From NCBI GenBank assembly GCA_965202585.1, contig OZ241830.1, forward strand, positions 434,001 to 498,000: a stretch of DNA of 64,000 nucleotides, given 5' to 3'. Position 1 is the first letter of the stretch; each line of letters starts with the position of its first letter. Both the position numbers and the translations under genes were made by a program. Below, one piece after another: positions 41,401-50,846 of the stretch. The stretch comes from Thalia democratica. Taxonomy: Eukaryota. The notes under the pieces are model-generated. The model did not search any database. It saw only the letters and a program-made list of their open reading frames with translations, and was not told where the DNA came from.

Positions 41401-44400
41401 GTATTGTATGAATATTAAATTTTTAAATAGACTAAAAGCCCTACAAGTATTCACGTGTTTTTAAACGTATTTTTTCAGTTTTAATCTTATAATTGCAAGT
41501 TTTAAAAATAAAAAGTTCAATTTCATTGACCAAATGAAAAACTTTGTGGCTTTTGGGTAGCTTAGAAAAAATAATAAATCCTAAAGCATAGATACAGTAG
41601 CTTTATAATTAATATATAACTTTCGAAAAGGTGGAAATTAATTTATATAAACAGCTTATCAGTCATTATAATCAGTTAGTAGTACGTAAAAAGAAGATAT
41701 TGTGCAAAAACTTAGAAATAAAGCTGTAACTTTAATGATAAAAAAATTACACTTTTAGAACAAAGTCAAGAAAACATCGGCGATAGTCTACAGAGCCTAA
41801 GCTTGGAATCTCGTATGCCGTGAGACAAGCTTAAGATAGGGTTGATCATACCAATTCGATCATCAGACCACAAGTTTCGGTAGACTGAGATCGGTTTCGT
41901 TTTTATTAGGACTCATCAGTCAGTCACAACCGAAAAACCTGCAGTCGTCAATCTACAAACGGTTTATCATGCTTTACCATGAGGCAACCGTTTGTAAGTA
42001 ATATTAGAATAACGTAAAAAAAAATAGAACAAAAACTATTTGTATTTTAGGTAATATTCTAATGTTTTAAATTTTATTCGAGAAAAAAACTTATTTTATA
42101 AAAAAAAATTAATTGTTTTAGTAATTTCAGAAAAAACGAACAAAGATAGTCGTAACATAAGTAACCATTTTTTTTGTAAAATAAATTAAATAAGTATAAA
42201 TAAAATTGTATGAATAATCATTACAAATCAGTATTAATTTACTAAATAAAAAATTAAAAAAAGAAAACAAACAAGTTCTCACCATAAGATAATCGTTCAT
42301 GCACCTCACATTAGCCTGGACGTCCATATTGACCACTTTGGCCTCAATAAACATGTTGGGACCCCCAACTACCTGCCAACTGCAGTCCTTGTTGCTAGGA
42401 TACAGGTGGGGGTGGTTTGGGGAGAATATTTCCTCCACCTCCGATGCCATCACTATTCCCCCGCACACTGAAAAATATTAAAACTCTCTCCAAGTACAGT
42501 ATGTAGTTTTGAACTATAATGACTCGTTGGAATATATTTGACTAAAACCCAATATTTTAAAAGTTTTGTAAAAGTTTTAAGCAAACAATATGTATATTAA
42601 AATAAAGTTGTTTTAAGTTAATCTAAAAAGTAAACAAATAGTAGAACTAAACTAGTTAATATGTACATAAAAACTTGTATATGTAGATGTAGCTACTGTT
42701 CTTAATAAAATATTCAAAAATTTTTAAAACGTTTTAAAACCTTGATTTATTTCTTAAGCACAAAATTACGCTTTAAACGGTTTTAAAAAGTGTAGAAAAA
42801 TAAAATAGAACAACAGAAAAAGAACATTTAATGAAAATGAAAGAGAAAACGAACAAAATAGTTAAGATTTTAATGGTTACAGTTTTGTTAATTGTGGTTG
42901 TGGTTTGTTGATACAAATTAGTACCAAAGTCAGTTACAAGATAACTGTCAAGTAAAATGGTTTTGTTTTAGACGTTTAATAAGTTTGTTGTCAGTAATTT
43001 ACAACGGTATTATTAGTGTCGTTGACATTTGGAATGATAAATATTTTATGGTTTTTTTGTGGTTTTAAATAAGTTCTGGCTCCTAATTTAAATTGTTTGG
43101 TCCTATATGCGTAAATTTGGAAAAAAAAGTCCTTTATGATGTTTAAATAGTGTATAAAAGTACCAAAGTTCCACTAATGTAAATGTTTTATTGAAACATG
43201 CTACAAAAGTCTGTTAAAATATACTATACACAATTTTTAAATGGCAAATGAGTTCATAAAGGTTGCCGAGGAAAAATAATTGCCCTTTTAACGTGTTTTA
43301 AGATTTCGCAATGGTGAATATAATTCAAACATAAGATACTTTAAGTATAATGTCATCAGCATAGTGTAATAATAACGTATGTATATTTATAAATTAAATG
43401 AAATTATCACCATAAAAACACTTGAAGACTCTAAATACTCTTTCTTAGCATCCAAGATATATATGTTATTAAGAAAATTATAATTTGAATTTTTTATAGT
43501 AGAATTTGCACTCAGGTTTTTAAAGTTAGATAATATCATTAGTGGCTTGAAAAGTTTACATTTAGTTTGAAAACTACTTACTTGTCATTTTTTACTAGCA
43601 TAATGTAAACAAAAAGCCAAAACACTGGTACTACGTACTAGTTTTATCAAAACACTCATATGACGTAACAAGCTAGTTTTATGAAAACACTGTTATGACG
43701 TACCAATTTTATTAATACTTCAAAATGAAGTAACAAACCAGATTAATCAAAACAGTATTATGACGTGCGAGTTTTATTGAAACACTTTTATGATGTTACA
43801 GAATGGTTTATCAAATTTTTTATGACATAGCAACTTTATCAATACAGTTTTATAACAAACCAGTTTTATCAATACATCATTATGACGTAACAAACCAGTT
43901 TTATCCAGTCTGCAACTTGGTTTTCTTCCACTGTACTGTCCTGACAACTGGCATATCAGTTTATCGTCCCCATCAATCACGAACCCTGGTAAGCAATCGA
44001 ACTGGGTCATTCCCCCGAACCTGTGAGACTTGCGACCAACTATCAGGCCGTTGGCTGGCGCTGTTAGTACTCTGCAACCTGGAATAAGTTCGAATGTTGA
44101 ATGTTTTTTAGTTTGAAGTTGTTTTGTACAATTTGTTGTTACAGTTTTATGAATGTGTTTTTTATTTGATTTGTTAGGAAAGTGTACGAGTTTTGTTAAT
44201 ATGTTAAATGATTAGTATTGAATGAAATATATTAAGAGAAAGTAGTTAGAACTATTCACCATATAATTTATGATTAAATTTTGAAAATATAAAAAGTAAA
44301 TTGAAATAAAAAATTAATAAATAGTACTACAGTATCAGGTGAATTGTACATAAACAATGTGCTTATAAGTAAAAAGTTTATAGTCTTTTTTATAAAACTG

Positions 44401-47400
44401 CTTTTGAAAGTATAAATCAAAATTAATCAATTTTTTGTACTATTTAAGTAAAACAGTTCAACATATATAAAACACAAAATAACGTAAAAAAAAAATTAAA
44501 GTCAGAACTTTTAAACTTTACGAAAACCAATTACGAACTGCAATTCGAAAAAGCCTATAATAAGAAAAAAAGTTTAAGTTACAAAACTAGACACAACTTA
44601 AGACTTTTGACAAACAGTCTAAGAAAAAGGTAAATTTGCAAACTTTTATACCGAGCTAAAGTTCAAAATAGTTTTCAAATGTTTTTTTAATTGAACGTAA
44701 AACGAAAGAATTTCATTCTAAAAAAATTAGCAACTTAAATTACACTAATACAGTGAAACTAAGCCCTATAATTTAAAATTTACAATAAAATTTTTGTTGA
44801 GGTTACGTATGGAATTTAATTTAATAATTAGTGGTTTTCCTACAAAACAATAAAATTTAATTTGGTTGAAATAAACTTTGGTTAAAGTATGAGCTATAAA
44901 TCTTTATAAAAGCTTATTTTAATTTTGTTTTAGTACTAATTTCTTGTTTAAAACTATTACGTTGATAAAACGACCAAGTTGATAAACTTTTAAGCGTTTG
45001 GAAACTAAAGTATTTACTACGTTTTAGTTTTTAAAAAAGCGTAATACCATTAATTACAATAAAATACTATTAACGCGATTATTAGTGTAAGTCTGATAAT
45101 CCAATTAAATAATTTCATGGTAACTATACTGGTTTTGTTCTACTAAAATGTAAACAAAAATATGAAATTATTGGTTTTTAATCTTGTATACACTCTTATA
45201 CTTTTTGTAGTGGTAGTTTTCTGGGTTTGAATAAAAAATATAGAGTTACATTTTTAGCTATCGAAATTAAGCTTATTTAGAACTTGCCATTTATATTTTA
45301 ATTAAAACGTAAGCTCTTAAGTTTTACTTTTTGACGTTTAAGTTGTTTCTAAAACAAGCAACAAAATCTGTAAAAGGTAATATAAAAAATTAAGTATTAT
45401 TTACGTAAACTATTTTATTTATAATAGTATCACTAAAAATAGACTATATATGTTGTTGCTATTATATTGTTATGAAATAAACAAGTAAAATAAGCAGTTA
45501 TAAAACAAAAATAATAGTATTTACTAATAACAAAAATTGAAACGATATCAACAAGTTTAATGTCAAAATTTGTAATTTATTTCTAACGCGGTAAATTGAT
45601 TGAAGTAAAATTATATATATATGTATAAAACTGATTTAACCTTTAACTTATTGTCATTAGAGTTTACTCTATTCAAAAAATAAAAAGCTTACAAATGTAT
45701 AAACAGATTTGTGTAACTCTATTGAATTAAACTATTTATTAGTATTATATAAGATATAAATAGCTATTTTTTTGAATTTTATATCTATACTAATGAGGAA
45801 TGTTTTATAGATTTTTTAATTTCGTTTTTTTTTCAAAATAATAACAATATATAAATTTGCAAAATTCAAGAACTTAAAACACAGCTTATAACATACTTTT
45901 TTATATACTGTTTTTATAAAAGTTGAACTAGTTTTACAAACGTTAAGAAAATTCTATATTTATAAAAAATGAAAGTGTACTAACAAAAAATTTTCGTATC
46001 TTGCGTGACAGATTAAAATTGAACTTAAAAGCTACAATTAAACACACTTATTGCCTTTTTTAACATTTAAAAAGTTTTTAATCTGCAAAATAGACCTATT
46101 TGGTGAATCATGGGTATAATTAGGAGTTGTTATTTGTAATTATTGCAAACATTTCTTAAATATTGAAAATAGTGAAAACTTTTCTAAGCATGGAAATTTT
46201 TTTAGCTTGCAGTTTAATCAAACAATTAAAAAAAAATATTTTTGTGTTTTTTTCAAAAACAAACAGTTTAACTTTGAAAAAAGAGTAAAAGTATTGAAAA
46301 TAAATTTATATTTACAATTGTACATTTACATAGTATTACTACGCCAGTAATAGTTATATTTTTAAGCACTAAAAATTAAAAAAGAGCACCTACTGACTTA
46401 ATAAATGCTCTTTTAAAACAACACTGGGTACAAACAATTTCAAAGAAGGGAAATAACCTGTTTTGATGCACTTTGGGGGAGTGCCGAGCCAGCCTTCTGA
46501 CCCGCATAACAGTTCGATGGGCCCCACGACAACTTCTGTGGGGTCCGAACACTCGAACCTGACCGTGGTCCCTTCCGTCCAGGCTTTCTGGTCACTTGGG
46601 ACGGGTAAGACGTTTGTGTCGGTTTGCGGTATCGAACATATTATGTCCGTTTCTGTAAACGTTTGTGAGGAATTTTAATGAGTATTGAAATTAATATTCT
46701 ATTTTGAAAAGAAGCTTTAGTGTTTAAAATTTTGAAAATTAAATTTAAACAGTACAAATAACTTTTATTATGAGAACTTAGTTTAATTTAAGTTTTTAAG
46801 TACAGGTTGTAGATGTATATAAATTAAATAGAGATACTAAAAGACAGAAAAAAACGAACTAAATAGCATGACTATAAAGTACTTAGTTGTTTCTTCAAAA
46901 CTATAATGACGGAAAATTCTAAAATTATTTGAAACTCATAAACAAACATAGATGAACTGTTTTATAAATACTAATTAAACAAACAAACCCGCATGCATGC
47001 AACAGTATCTGACTTTGTAATCGTCACACTTCCCCCCTTCAACTTGATCCTCATCCAAGCATGACACTCCGTACGTCAGACTGTTCCTCACAGCTTGCTT
47101 TGTGACGTCATAACCACCTTGCGTAGTGCTTATCTGCATGCCAACAGGGTGCTCGCATATGGACGGGTTGTTGTTGCGGTGGTCTGACAGCAGTTCCCTG
47201 TTTCCATTGGATAGAAGCTCCTGATTGGTTGATTGGGTGTCCACATTGTTCCATGGTCCCCATGAGTTTGACGGACAGTGACCAACCGTGTCAAGGCCTG
47301 GTAGAAATAAAACTATTTGATAAAATACTTTACAGTTTGTCGATGTTATATGTGCTAGTGTGGTAGAATTAGTTAAAAAGAGTATTTTCAAAACAGTTTA

Positions 47401-50400
47401 TTTTGTACATTTCAAGTATTATTATTGTTGTGTATCTTTAAACTGTATAAAGATTTTAAAGTGTAATTTGACTAATATTTCTAATACAGTACATTAAGTA
47501 TTCGTTGATATTTTTGCTTTTCTTTTACTAGAAGTTGAGACTAGTACAAAAGTTTTTGAGAGCTTTTGTCTTATTTTTATAAAAACTTGAAAATATAATT
47601 AAGTTCAACAGTTTGGATTAAGTTTTTCCTAATAAAGTATATTTCAAAAAAATTAACTTTACAATTTTAAATACGCTTATCAATCTTAAAGTTATCAAAG
47701 TTTAAAATTTTTTATTTATTCATTATACTTCCTTACGAAGGTGTTTAATTATTCATCGTGTTAACTCTTTGCTTTGGGTTATGCCACATACTTTTAGAAA
47801 CACAAGCTATTAGATATTTAAGCACAAAAATTAAGTGTTTACTTTTATTACAGTTTGAAAGTATAATATATGAACTTTTTTTTGATAAAATCATTTTTAA
47901 TACTTTTTCAAAAAAAAACATTAAATTTAGATGTGAACGAGTCGTTTCTATGAAGTCAACGAAACTTAAAGGTCAAAATGCATGAAATTTAAATGATATG
48001 TTTGTTTTCTAAATAATATAGACCAAACTTTTCTGAAAACTTTAGTTGTAAAAAAAACTGATACTTACGTGTACTAAGTTTTTTATTCATTTTTTATATA
48101 ATGAAATGGAAGCTATCTATCATTATATCGATCAGATGAAAAAACTATATATAGCTTTTAAAATGCAGCTTACAATGTATTTCACACTTTCTAAATGATT
48201 GATTATTTTATGCTATTTTTCTTAACAAAAACAAAAACATTATTTAATTTGAAACTGACAAAACTTTACATAAACTAAAGTTCTAGCTCTTTCTTAAAAT
48301 CTTGCTTTTAGCTTTTTTATCAATATAAGTCAAAAATATTTTCAATCAGTAGGTTGTTTTTTAAATAATGTAACGTTAATAATTATGTATTTAAAAGAAA
48401 TGTTTTAAATTATTTACATAAGGTTTGAACAATCAACACGATTTATTTTTAAACAAAAAAAATTGTTAAACAAAACAAAAAAAGTGTTCAACAGTTTTAG
48501 AGTACAAACAAAGCTTATTAATAAACTTATTATGACGTCACAACGTACCGGGAGGGGCGCATCTGAAATGTAGGTCGATGTACTTTTCAGTACCGGGACA
48601 CGGGTCGCCTAATTGTGACGTAATAGCACGTAATGTGCACATCTGTTTACCCTGGCACTCCCCCCAAATTTGTTTGAACGCTGTTTGCGATTTGCATCGC
48701 GTGTTCATTGTGACGTCATTATCGGCTCTGCATCTGTGTGAAATAATTGGTATCAGTGCAAAGAAATTTTTTTAAAGTAAAAGTTATGAACTTGCTACAA
48801 AAGTTTGAAAAAATCTATAATTAAAAAAATGAAACATAACTTAAGTATTTTGCTTAAAACTATAAATTTTATTTCATTAAACTTATAAACACTTTATTAT
48901 AGCAAAAATAAAAAAAAGTATACTATTCAACTCAAGGTTACAAAATAATCTCACGTATGTGAGTCGGATCTCCCCCAGAAAGCATCTTCAATGTAAATAA
49001 CAGATCCCCTGTTCTTACAAGACACCCTGTTACCCACTCCTTCACAGATCTTCGTCACAAAAGTGTAAGGTGATCCTGGGATCATCAAGTCGTTCCCAAA
49101 CTGGATCTCCTCTGTTTGTTTTAATTAATAATTTTTAGCTTTTAATAGCTTTAATGACTTTGTTTTTATTTATTGGCTACTTAGATAGCACAAAAAAAGA
49201 GTGACATGAATCTCCTCTAAAAAATGTATTTTCCGTTTTTAATACATCAAGTATCAATGACCAAACTCTTAATGGTATTATAGCAAGTTTCTATGACAAA
49301 AGGCATCAAAATTTTTTTATAAAGTTATTAATTTTTTCTTTTCTATTATTTGTTTTTACGAACGAAAATAATAAAAGCGCAACTATTTTTTTATTTTTTA
49401 CGTGGTTTACTAAATAAAAGCACCTCAGGAGTTTATTGTTACTTTTTACTACTTTACTGCTTCAAAAGTCAGGTAAAAGTTTAGATTTTTTATATTGTAA
49501 GCATACTTAAAACTTGTAGTAAAGAGTTGACTTAAATTATCTATTTTTGAATAATAACTCTAGCGATTCGTACTTAGAATCATCAAAATAATGTTTGCAA
49601 GGAATTTAAAAACAAGTTTAATGTAAAAAAAATAAATATAAAATGTATTTTAAGCTTAACAGTATTATTTCTTGTGAACATTAAAAAAGTTATTTAAAAG
49701 CCGCAAAAAGTAATTAGAATATTAAACTTGAGCAACTAAAATTTGAGTAAAGTATATTCTAGTAATAATTAACTTTTACATGATAACATCTAGTAAGCGC
49801 GTAAACCGGTACATATAGGTACAGACATGTATTAAAACTTGTATTTTGGAATACAAGCTCATTTGTATGTTGACTTTAAAATACTTGGTGCACTTTTTAA
49901 AGTTGGAAATTTTTCAATTTAATTATCTGTTTATAAATATCCCTTTGTGTAATCACTGTAGGTATAAGAACAAATTTAGGTAAATTGTTAAGTTTCAGTT
50001 AAAATGCTTTATACGACTTTAATTTTCTTCACAGTTAAGAAAATTGTTACTTAATTAAAGTTAAAAAAAAGCTTTCCCAAAAACTAACTGTACCTAACTT
50101 TAGTTCAAAGCAGTAGTTCAAATACTTTAAGTGGTTTTTAATGTTTATAGTGGAAGTGAAAGTTTTCAGCAACTTTCAAACAAATCATAATATTTACGAA
50201 ATTCGAAGATAAATTCACCGCAAGCAAGTAGCCTCGCACGCGTTTAAAGTTAAACATCAAACTTTTAACTTCTAAAACTTGTAAGTTCTATTTGTTTTAC
50301 TTTGATGTTTACTTTATTCAGTTGTGATATTTCTTTTGTTTTATAAGGTTTTTGATATAAAAGTTTTAAGTTATTATAAATGAACATTGCTTATTGCTTC

Positions 50401-50846
50401 TAAAAATTTATACTAGTCTCGTTCTATTACATATTTAATTATATAAAGTAGTAATTTTCGTCTTTTTTTGTAAAGAAAACTTTTTTTTTAGATGCTTGAA
50501 GCTCATAGTATTCTTATTAAAAAGGTTCAATAGTCATTTTAAGTCAGAAACTTATTTACAAATATTTAATAAAAATATTTACACACAAAAATGTTACAAT
50601 CTCTCTAACTATCTACCTAATTTCTCTAAATACATTAACTTTCTACTTTTTGAAATTGAAACATTTTTTGTCATATAGAAGTATTTTAGGTACACTGTAA
50701 TCTGCGACTAACAAGTCATAATTTTATCATTATTATTAAATGAACAAAATTTCTATACAACATACAATATTACCTCTGTCTCCAGCTCTCAAAGTACATC
50801 TGCAGGCTTGAACAAACAAAAGGAGCAAGCAACAAGTCGAAAGCAT
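67..50846 (-). CDS. Gene A: giant secreted mosaic protein (SUEL lectin-WxxW-2xSushi-CUB-VWD/C8/TIL x2-EGF x2-at least 27 Sushi); 52 coding exons in window, 3' end beyond position 1
   Basis: Manual exon chain with GT-AG boundaries and consistent phases from ATG 50846 to exon 67-276; 9907 coding nt (~3302 aa) with no in-frame stop. Exon coordinates are given in the sub-features. FCGBP/zonadhesin-like VWD core, but no orthologue is recognised. Confidence 0.9.
4106..4195 (+). promoter_or_regulatory. Candidate promoter of gene C: CCAAT box, 12-bp palindrome and RFX X-box-like motif
   Basis: agCCAATcag 4106-4115; aactacgtagtt 4151-4162; GTTACATAGCAAC 4183-4195; all within 200 nt upstream of ATG 4288. 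Confidence 0.5.
4288..5618 (+). CDS. Gene C: nested antisense 3-exon gene, 317-aa protein with predicted signal peptide, possible TM helix and basic C-terminus; function unknown
   Basis: Exons 4288-4796 (CA|gtgagt), 4991-5162 (aacag|A ... GTA|gtgagt), 5346-5618 (gccag|ATC ... TAA) join in frame (954 nt). Lies in gene A intron 3109-7032. Confidence 0.8.
8002..14775 (-). repeat. Duplicated four-exon Sushi block: 14554/14117/13696/12990 vs 9876/9552/9149/8002
   Basis: Same order of module types in both blocks (PTKYNEVIYF type, FPMLQD type, NRTSDEKFKYG type, FDFTGNDY type). Confidence 0.85.
17926..18079. repeat. 28-bp direct repeat containing TGACGTCA (17926-17953 and 18052-18079)
   Basis: aagtgact(g/a)atgagattatgacgtcata, one mismatch. 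Confidence 0.8.
20912..21487 (-). CDS. Gene A calcium-binding EGF (21365-21487) and EGF with internal insertion (20912-21085)
   Basis: DIDECEESPC..TQCVNTEGSYKCICLDGY..C; DPCKENPCHENAKC[insert]FTCTCNEGFNGNGFFC. Confidence 0.88.
21764..23286 (-). CDS. Gene A C8, TIL and TILa-like domains (set 2), exons 23142-23286, 22546-22694, 22180-22304, 21764-21874
   Basis: YCGQITDPDGDFAICHGAVDPESFFESCVYDVC; CPEHSTF..SRCQNTCQDP..C..FTEDCVCDMGYLKDGDVCVRESECGC. Confidence 0.87.
23603..25024 (-). CDS. Gene A VWD domain 2 with GDPH site, exons 24742-25024, 24070-24222, 23603-23778
   Basis: CMSWGDPHYQTFD..KYDFMGACSYVM ... INGEEV ... LPEFYKTKVEGLCGNFNDDPDDD. Confidence 0.92.
25382..27727 (-). CDS. Gene A C8, TIL and TILa domains (set 1), exons 27571-27727, 27176-27308, 25718-25953, 25382-25506
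   Basis: C...CH..INPDFFFDSCVEDAC (C8); CGPNAYYSSC..C..C...[26 protein letters not shown] (TIL); NDCKLECKC..GKLAC..GC (TILa). Confidence 0.88.
28198..30690 (+). CDS. Gene D: nested antisense single-coding-exon gene, 830-aa Ser/Asn/Lys-rich, probably disordered protein with PLDLS (CtBP-binding-type) motifs
   Basis: 2.5-kb ORF in very AT-rich DNA. First in-frame ATG is 28198, with an in-frame TAG upstream at 28162. PLDLS at 29350 and 29518; variants ALDLS (~29122) and CLDLS (29665). Lies in gene A intron 27728-34028; pyrimidine-rich acceptor ending at 28140. Confidence 0.8.
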   Translation: MLNNIKMSNLSQTNLSLSLEKSSFETTDPTINSFVKVIYDDQIEEVCNEHSSSVDPTKCNLDSSVDPCVTSPLKQDTNAELLDISKLTSAKIFCDKSNIKKQAYKIKVRLPRLEANFCNSDSIAFSNPYHKIQAEKSNFTFTKAAKSAEKIQLNDVFEVKKSSSSLCLKKSTLFKKVSRIYQTIKSKISLFKPSSCELRFHKQYLENVTDWTKNKQKNFSDNQKSKSLYCVTNEVLTQNRDVNKEKLGVPINLINKSLSNYSTITCISSVFSEVSSKCSFENYEKNKTFIKSFVQNKIEPCKNQESGIALDLSVRSNKLRVSTQVENDNKNTTCGTYKEKYESQSLLSEHCGEGVLFVVKQLSEQVLSQQITCNNQQSSEYPDKPLDLSVKKMGAQQSTSAKLCDKSLINNNENVDGLMLKMNKHQLVVHKSFTDALEKSPLDLSFNSSHSQKSQENSLSTKVTSQSFASTNDESQLSNNLTKIENHISCLDLSYNSKKDYIKSSTNLEQNYHMEKSINQSFTNKTTSQNFYSIVNESELGNVNCFTNSDKNLFENQIISSNLSNVRNKNKVDSPKIEGNYFSTNCFNEFTPPLCNNLKNKSQATIETDLFNNCYSKFVADKLANRNDNYIDCKITDKNKTFIRPAAAIVSENSEHENLTRNDNNLNTTSKKLKKLTKSRQSVINISSENNSKSVTNSPKTGVLDDQKTSLKLKKVKMIKNKNRSNFNIPTPYKRLNGSISSISSSEGEQTISNISFKTIYTSPRVAPSTKSISSDSFKSFTDNKPADKKKTKTVMKGNYDDDLSSLGASTLVYLNQHFSNNTIDSNISN
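31974..32270. mobile_element. hAT-superfamily (Charlie-like) MITE, 297 bp
   Basis: TIRs cagtggtcttcaa / ttgaaaaccactg (12/13); 8-bp flanks tcatagag and ttctagag (6/8, resembling the NTCTAGAN target preference); subterminal gtgcac-type repeats. Confidence 0.75.
32387..32609. repeat. 39-bp direct repeat (32387-32425 and 32571-32609)
   Basis: tgataa(a/g)caatttataactccgtagaattgtgttattaa, one mismatch. Confidence 0.8.
34029..40430 (-). CDS. Gene A VWD domain 1, exons 40288-40430, 38988-39095, 36917-37085, 34029-34143
   Basis: CYGMGQSHFSTFDG..FPGDCSYVLAR ... INDELIELP ... VQYDG..VTLPQFFMGKIEG|LCGNYDGNGDND; phases 1-0-0-1-2 join in frame. Confidence 0.88.
40810..42467 (-). CDS. Gene A CUB domain, exons 42283-42467 and 40810-40981
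   Basis: CGG...IFSPNHPHLYPSNKDCSWQV...CMNDYLM / LFNG..KICG..SNENIMTINFHSDDRTTGKGF (canonical CUB). Confidence 0.9.
41788..41996 (-). mobile_element. Structured ~210-nt GC-richer intronic element around the hammerhead (probable Penelope-like or retrozyme remnant)
   Basis: Hairpins 41954-41996 (11-bp plus 5-bp stems) and 41798-41833 (8-bp plus 4-bp stems); possible closing helix CUGCAG 41944-41939 with CUGUAG 41793-41788; no ORF. Confidence 0.5.
41875..41936 (-). ncRNA. Degenerate minimal type I hammerhead ribozyme motif (Penelope/retrozyme-like)
   Basis: Minus strand: UUUCGGU-UGU-GACUGA (stem I 5') CUGAUGA GUCCU-AAUA-AAAAC (stem II with two C.A mismatches) GAAA CCGA UC (minimal stem III, cleavage after C41889) UCAGUC-U-ACCGAAA (stem I 3'). 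Confidence 0.7.
43638..43910. repeat. Degenerate minisatellite (~30-36 bp unit, agttttatcaa.acac..tatgacgtaacaa.c) overlapping a Sushi exon donor
   Basis: About 8 imperfect copies; the last copy runs into the exon end at 43896-43910. Confidence 0.75.
43896..46652 (-). CDS. Gene A two N-terminal Sushi/CCP domains, exons 46458-46652 and 43896-44078
   Basis: CSIPQ..VRFECSD..VVGPIELLCGSEGWLGTPPKC and CRVLTAPANG..TQFDCLPGFVIDGDDKLICQLSGQYSGRKPSC; both phase 1-1. Confidence 0.88.
46989..47297 (-). CDS. Gene A WxxW (mucin/CILP-type) domain exon
   Basis: CPSNSWGPWNNVD...E....R...P.ICEHPVGM...GVSCLDEDQVEGGKCDDYKVRYCC; phase 1-1 exon, 309 nt. Confidence 0.85.
48549..49111 (-). CDS. Gene A SUEL-type (rhamnose/galactose-binding) lectin domain, exons 48955-49111 and 48549-48733
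   Basis: KICEGVGNRVSCKNRGSVIYIEDAFWGRSD..C...ECQGKQMCTLRAITSQLGDPCPGTEKYIDLHFRC matches the SUEL pattern CEG..(Y/W)GR..C.GK..C...GDPCPGT.KY....C. Confidence 0.88.
50774..50846 (-). CDS. Gene A exon 1: start codon and signal peptide
   Basis: caaaATG then MLSTCCLLLLFVQACRCTLRAGDR (hydrophobic core); phase-1 donor G|gtaat joins the next exon in frame. Confidence 0.8.
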
